In this document: piece after piece, positions 60,415 to 64,000 of the stretch | How positions within the stretch are numbered: the first letter of the stretch is position 1 | How the letters are laid out: each line of letters begins with the position of its first letter | Virus record (IMG/VR): IMGVR_UViG_3300042484_003148 | Location: 67,284-131,283 of that record | From: a virus | Lineage: Duplodnaviria; Heunggongvirae; Uroviricota; Caudoviricetes | Length of the DNA: 64,000 bases | Direction: 5' to 3' (one strand) | The notes under the pieces: generated by a model | What the model was told of the DNA's origin: nothing | What the model saw: only the letters and a program-made list of their open reading frames with translations | Database searches by the model: none | Made by a program: the position numbers and the translations under genes

Positions 60415-61182
60415 TTAATCTATAGTTTGAACAAATCTAGTTCCGTATTTAATACCATCAAAACCTTTTTTAACCGCTTCTTGGTAAATTCTTTTTAAAA
60501 CATAATTCTCAAATGTTAATACAGCTCTAGCAGCTTCCATTTTAAAATTATCATAATCAGGGAACCATTTCTTAGCTAAATTTTCAACCGGATTATCACC
60601 ACACTCCTTATCATCAATCTCTAATAAGTTTTCAAACTCAAACTGATAAGCTTTATCATAAGAAGGTTTTTGTTTATCAATCAACAAATTACCTATTTTA
60701 CTATTAGGTGTAAATGGTTTATTAGAATATAATGTTAATGTTTTACCATTCTTAGTTTCTTCTTCAGAAGATTCTTGAATATCATCTTCTTGTTTTTCAG
60801 TAAAATTATTATCTAAATTATTTTCCCAATTATATTTATCCTGTATTTTATTTAAAATTCTAGACGCATCATGTTTATCAGCATAAATTTTAACACAAAC
60901 AACTTTAGCAACTTCAGGTGTTGTTTGAAATGCAAATAATCTATCATGTCCATCCAACACTTCATTATCTTTAGAGATAAATATAGGATTAACAGGTTTT
61001 AAATTTAAAATACTATCCTTAACACCTCTAACGTTTTCTACATTAACATTATCCGTTAAAGGTTTTAATTCATTAGGGTTAAAATTATCAATTTTATAAC
61101 CTACTTGACTATTATCTAAATTTTTATATATATAATCGTAGTCAGATGTTATTTGTGGTAACCAACTATTTTTAACTGCCAT
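60415..61182 (-). CDS. ParB/sulfiredoxin-like domain protein
   Basis: PIFISKDNEVLDGHDRL. Confidence 0.65.
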   Translation of the reverse strand: MAVKNSWLPQITSDYDYIYKNLDNSQVGYKIDNFNPNELKPLTDNVNVENVRGVKDSILNLKPVNPIFISKDNEVLDGHDRLFAFQTTPEVAKVVCVKIYADKHDASRILNKIQDKYNWENNLDNNFTEKQEDDIQESSEEETKNGKTLTLYSNKPFTPNSKIGNLLIDKQKPSYDKAYQFEFENLLEIDDKECGDNPVENLAKKWFPDYDNFKMEAARAVLTFENYVLKRIYQEAVKKGFDGIKYGTRFVQTID

Positions 61183-61189
61183 TTTATGT

Positions 61190-61750
61190 TTATTTTTTGT
61201 TTTTAAGTTCAATTAAAGCGTCCTTAATATAAGTTTTAATATTTTCCTTAATAATTTTATTAACTATCTTTTCAATTCTTTTTTCTGATAAACCCTCATG
61301 TATAATAAAATCATAAACTGTTTCTTTTATGTATTCTTTTATTTCAGAATCAGACATAGAAGAATTATTTGTTTTTTGCTCTTTTAACAGATTATTATAA
61401 ACAGGTTCCTCTATACTTTTAGATATCTCTTTTCTATATGTTTCATATTTAGGTGCAACATCATGTGCCTTAGCTTCAGCTTCAGCCAACGCACCTTTCT
61501 TACCACTCAATAATGCTGTTATAGCATCCATTGGAACAGGTGCAGCTACTTCATTAAATGTAGCAACTTTAACATTACCATCACCTATAACCTTCTCTAT
61601 ACTCTCTAACTGCAAAGCTACATCTTTTTCAGATTTAACTTTATTTTTAACATCAATAGCACCATCAACAGCCACCGCATTTTTAAATAAATTAGCAGCT
61701 TCAGGTGTTATTTGTCCATTCAAAAAAGCAGATAACGCTTGTTTATTCAT
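61190..61750 (-). CDS. hypothetical late protein
   Basis: 186 aa; late motif at 61773. Confidence 0.5.
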   Translation of the reverse strand: MNKQALSAFLNGQITPEAANLFKNAVAVDGAIDVKNKVKSEKDVALQLESIEKVIGDGNVKVATFNEVAAPVPMDAITALLSGKKGALAEAEAKAHDVAPKYETYRKEISKSIEEPVYNNLLKEQKTNNSSMSDSEIKEYIKETVYDFIIHEGLSEKRIEKIVNKIIKENIKTYIKDALIELKNKK

Positions 61751-61825
61751 GATAAAAAATATTTATTTAATTTAAATAGTAAATAAAAACAAAAAACCTC
61801 TCCTAATATTTAAGAGAGGTTTTTA

Positions 61826-62080
61826 TTAGTTTTCTGATTCAGTTTTCTTAACAGTTGTATGTCCAAAAAATTTGGCAACTAAAACCAAACCTAATAAAAC
61901 TTGTTTAACCCAAGCAGGTACTAAACCTTCCGGTAATGCATTTACATATTCCAAAGTCTCAACAGCACCAGCGGTTAAACCTAAAATAAACGGAATCTTG
62001 GTGGTAAACCATTTACCAAACTCAGAACTTTCAGCTTGAAACCTTTCAACTAAAGTCATTTCACTTATTTTCTTTTTCAT
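61826..62080 (-). CDS. holin-like membrane protein
   Basis: ERFQAESSEFGKW followed by two transmembrane segments and a charged tail; late motif at 62095. Confidence 0.55.
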   Translation of the reverse strand: MKKKISEMTLVERFQAESSEFGKWFTTKIPFILGLTAGAVETLEYVNALPEGLVPAWVKQVLLGLVLVAKFFGHTTVKKTESEN

Positions 62081-62169
62081 AAATATATTTTTAGTAAATA
62101 GATAAAAAATAATTTGTTTAAATGAAACTTTATTTGTAGATTTGTGCTTGTAAATAGAATGTATAAATT

Positions 62170-63120
62170 ATGTTAATAAATAATAAAGAAGAGTTTGAAG
62201 AATTTTATCCATATTCAAAAGACCAAATAACAAAATATCCATCTGAATATCCTTGTTTATGTTCATGGTCTCATGAAGGTGGTGGTTTAATGGGTGAATA
62301 CAAACAAGTATGGGTTATTTACTTTCCTAAAAATGTAACAGTAGAAGAAGCTTTTCTATTAGGTATAAAAAAACAATGGTTAGAATTATGAAAAATTCAG
62401 AACAAGTAGAACAATATGCTAATGAATTATTAATGAAAATGTATAGTAATGATAAAGCATTATTAGCAATAAAAGAAATATTGAAATTTTCCGATAATAA
62501 ACATAAAGAATCTCTATTAAAGGTTCAAGAGTTACTTATTAAATGGACTAAACAAAGGTAACTATGGAACATTACTATGTGTTTTACAAACATGAAGATG
62601 ATAATATGTTTGATAGAACTTGCGGAACAAAAGAATCTGCTGAAGAACGTATTAATATCTTAAAAAATAAATATAATTATAGTGATGCTGAATATTTCTT
62701 AAATGAAATTCCTAAAGATTATATTTATTTTTATTAATCAAAACTATTATTTATGAATAAACTAGATGATAAAACAAAGAAACTTATGATTGAGTTTGCT
62801 AGACACTGTATGATAGAACTCGTATCACAAACTCCGCCTGGTGGTACATTTTCTGAAATTTCTTCACAAAATCTCAGTAAAATTACAAAAATACTTAATG
62901 AAAAATTTAAATAATTATGTGGCGAATAAAATGCAGTAATGGTTTGTATGTAAATAAAACAACGTATGGTACTTGGATAAGTTATTCTAATAAAGGTAAA
63001 ATATTTACAAATGAAAAAATAGCACTAAAGAATCTATCTTTATGTCAAGAATTTGCGAATAAAGATGAAAAACATAACACGCTAACTTACACAATTGAAC
63101 AAACCTCTCCTAATAACTAA
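62170..63120 (+). other. operon of five small hypothetical genes (62170-62391, 62388-62561, 62564-62737, 62753-62914, 62917-63120)
   Basis: Tightly packed ORFs after the promoter at 62113-62144. Confidence 0.55.
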
Positions 63121-63136
63121 GAGAGGTTTTTATATT

Positions 63137-64000
63137 TTATCTAGATAACTGAGTTCTTTTCTTTAAGTTAAATACAATATCTGAATTAGGGTATTTAATT
63201 TCAAACATCCCATCCATTGGTGAGTATATTGCGTTATCAATCAATTCAATTTCCCTTGTGTCATTATTAACATAAGGTTGCTCAATTTCATTCAATGAAT
63301 ACTGTCCACCTACTTTGTTATAAACTTTATAATTAATAACATCAATTACACCAACAACAGCATTAAGTTGTTTTAATATAGAACCAATAAAAACATCATT
63401 ATTCATTTTGTTGTTATTAATATTAAAGAAATCACTAACAACTTTTTGACAAGCTAATACTATTTGGTTACTTGGAACATTATCTTCTATAAACAAATCA
63501 AAAGCAAAACCTATATTAATTATCTTACCGTTTCTAACTTCTACATAATCATTTACACTTCTAAATTGTGATAAATATTGCGCAATATTTTCTTCCAAAA
63601 CAGACGTTGATGTATTATCAAGTTTACCTGCACTATCTATACCTAAAATAGAAACAACAACTTTATTATTTTCTTTAAAAACAGCATTTCTAAATGGTAC
63701 ACCGAATTCGCTTGGCATCTTAAATAATTGAGCAGAATAATCTGACAAAGTAATACATCTATTTTGTGCTGAAAAATTATACGGGATTATATTTCTAACC
63801 TCTTCAGTACTTGGAGCATCAGCACCACCTAAAGCTGGAATAATATTTGTAACCTTTAATGTTCTTAACACTTTTTGATTAACCTCATCCAAAGGACCAT
63901 TTAAAGAACTAAACACAGCACCAACTGATGTTAAAACATTTGAACCTAAATTTGAACCAATACCACCACCTGTTCTATACTTAACCCAAATCTGACTATT
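63137..64000 (-). CDS. baseplate wedge protein, T4 gp6 / P2 gpJ-like (5' end outside window)
   Basis: VKYRTGGG...GSN, GGADAPSTEEVR, FSAQNRCITLSDY. Confidence 0.88.
   Translation of the reverse strand, partial: NSQIWVKYRTGGGIGSNLGSNVLTSVGAVFSSLNGPLDEVNQKVLRTLKVTNIIPALGGADAPSTEEVRNIIPYNFSAQNRCITLSDYSAQLFKMPSEFGVPFRNAVFKENNKVVVSILGIDSAGKLDNTSTSVLEENIAQYLSQFRSVNDYVEVRNGKIINIGFAFDLFIEDNVPSNQIVLACQKVVSDFFNINNNKMNNDVFIGSILKQLNAVVGVIDVINYKVYNKVGGQYSLNEIEQPYVNNDTREIELIDNAIYSPMDGMFEIKYPNSDIVFNLKKRTQLSR

Noticed and set aside
5845-63129. CRISPR array or Cas12f system around the RuvC gene and repeated hairpins
   Set aside because: The repeats are dispersed single hairpins kilobases apart, not a repeat-spacer array. 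No array or cas1/cas2 is seen in the window.
1-64000. Stop-codon reassignment (code 15 as in Lak/crAss-like phages)
   Set aside because: Long genes are open in the standard code, and TAG ends genes at natural C-termini (2481, 18287, 28454).

Overview
A 64-kb, very AT-rich slice of a jumbo myovirus genome with T4-like modules. Replication and recombination genes include a gp41/DnaB-like helicase, an SSB with a DDLPF tail, RecA/UvsX and PD-(D/E)XK exonucleases. Structural genes include gp13/gp14-like neck proteins, gp6-like and gpI-like baseplate wedge proteins, an OB-fold/HxH baseplate spike and two large tail fibres. The window also carries a gp55-like sigma factor, PhoH, two glycosyltransferases, a holin-like gene, a lysozyme-like gene, tRNA-Ser(GCT) and three homing-endonuclease-like genes. 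The host is inferred to be Bacteroidota from at least 12 TTTG-N19-20-TAnnTTTG/TAnnTTGC promoters. Structural genes are instead preceded by a second motif, (A)CTATTTA, a candidate late promoter. The most interesting locus is 54.2-57.9 kb: an integron attC-like hairpin, an intact exonuclease, a transposase-less TnpB-like RuvC nuclease behind the late motif, and the frameshifted 3' half of a second exonuclease abutting the putative omegaRNA. This arrangement suggests an RNA-guided cleave-and-replace homing element. Other oddities are a promoter-driven tRNA-like RNA with a 22-nt anticodon loop, a family of four micro-ORFs missed by the ORF track, a dispersed oriented hairpin family, a UUU-UGA +1 frameshift in a P-loop gene, and a G9 tract in a late gene. 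All protein calls come from motif recognition by eye; no database searches were run.
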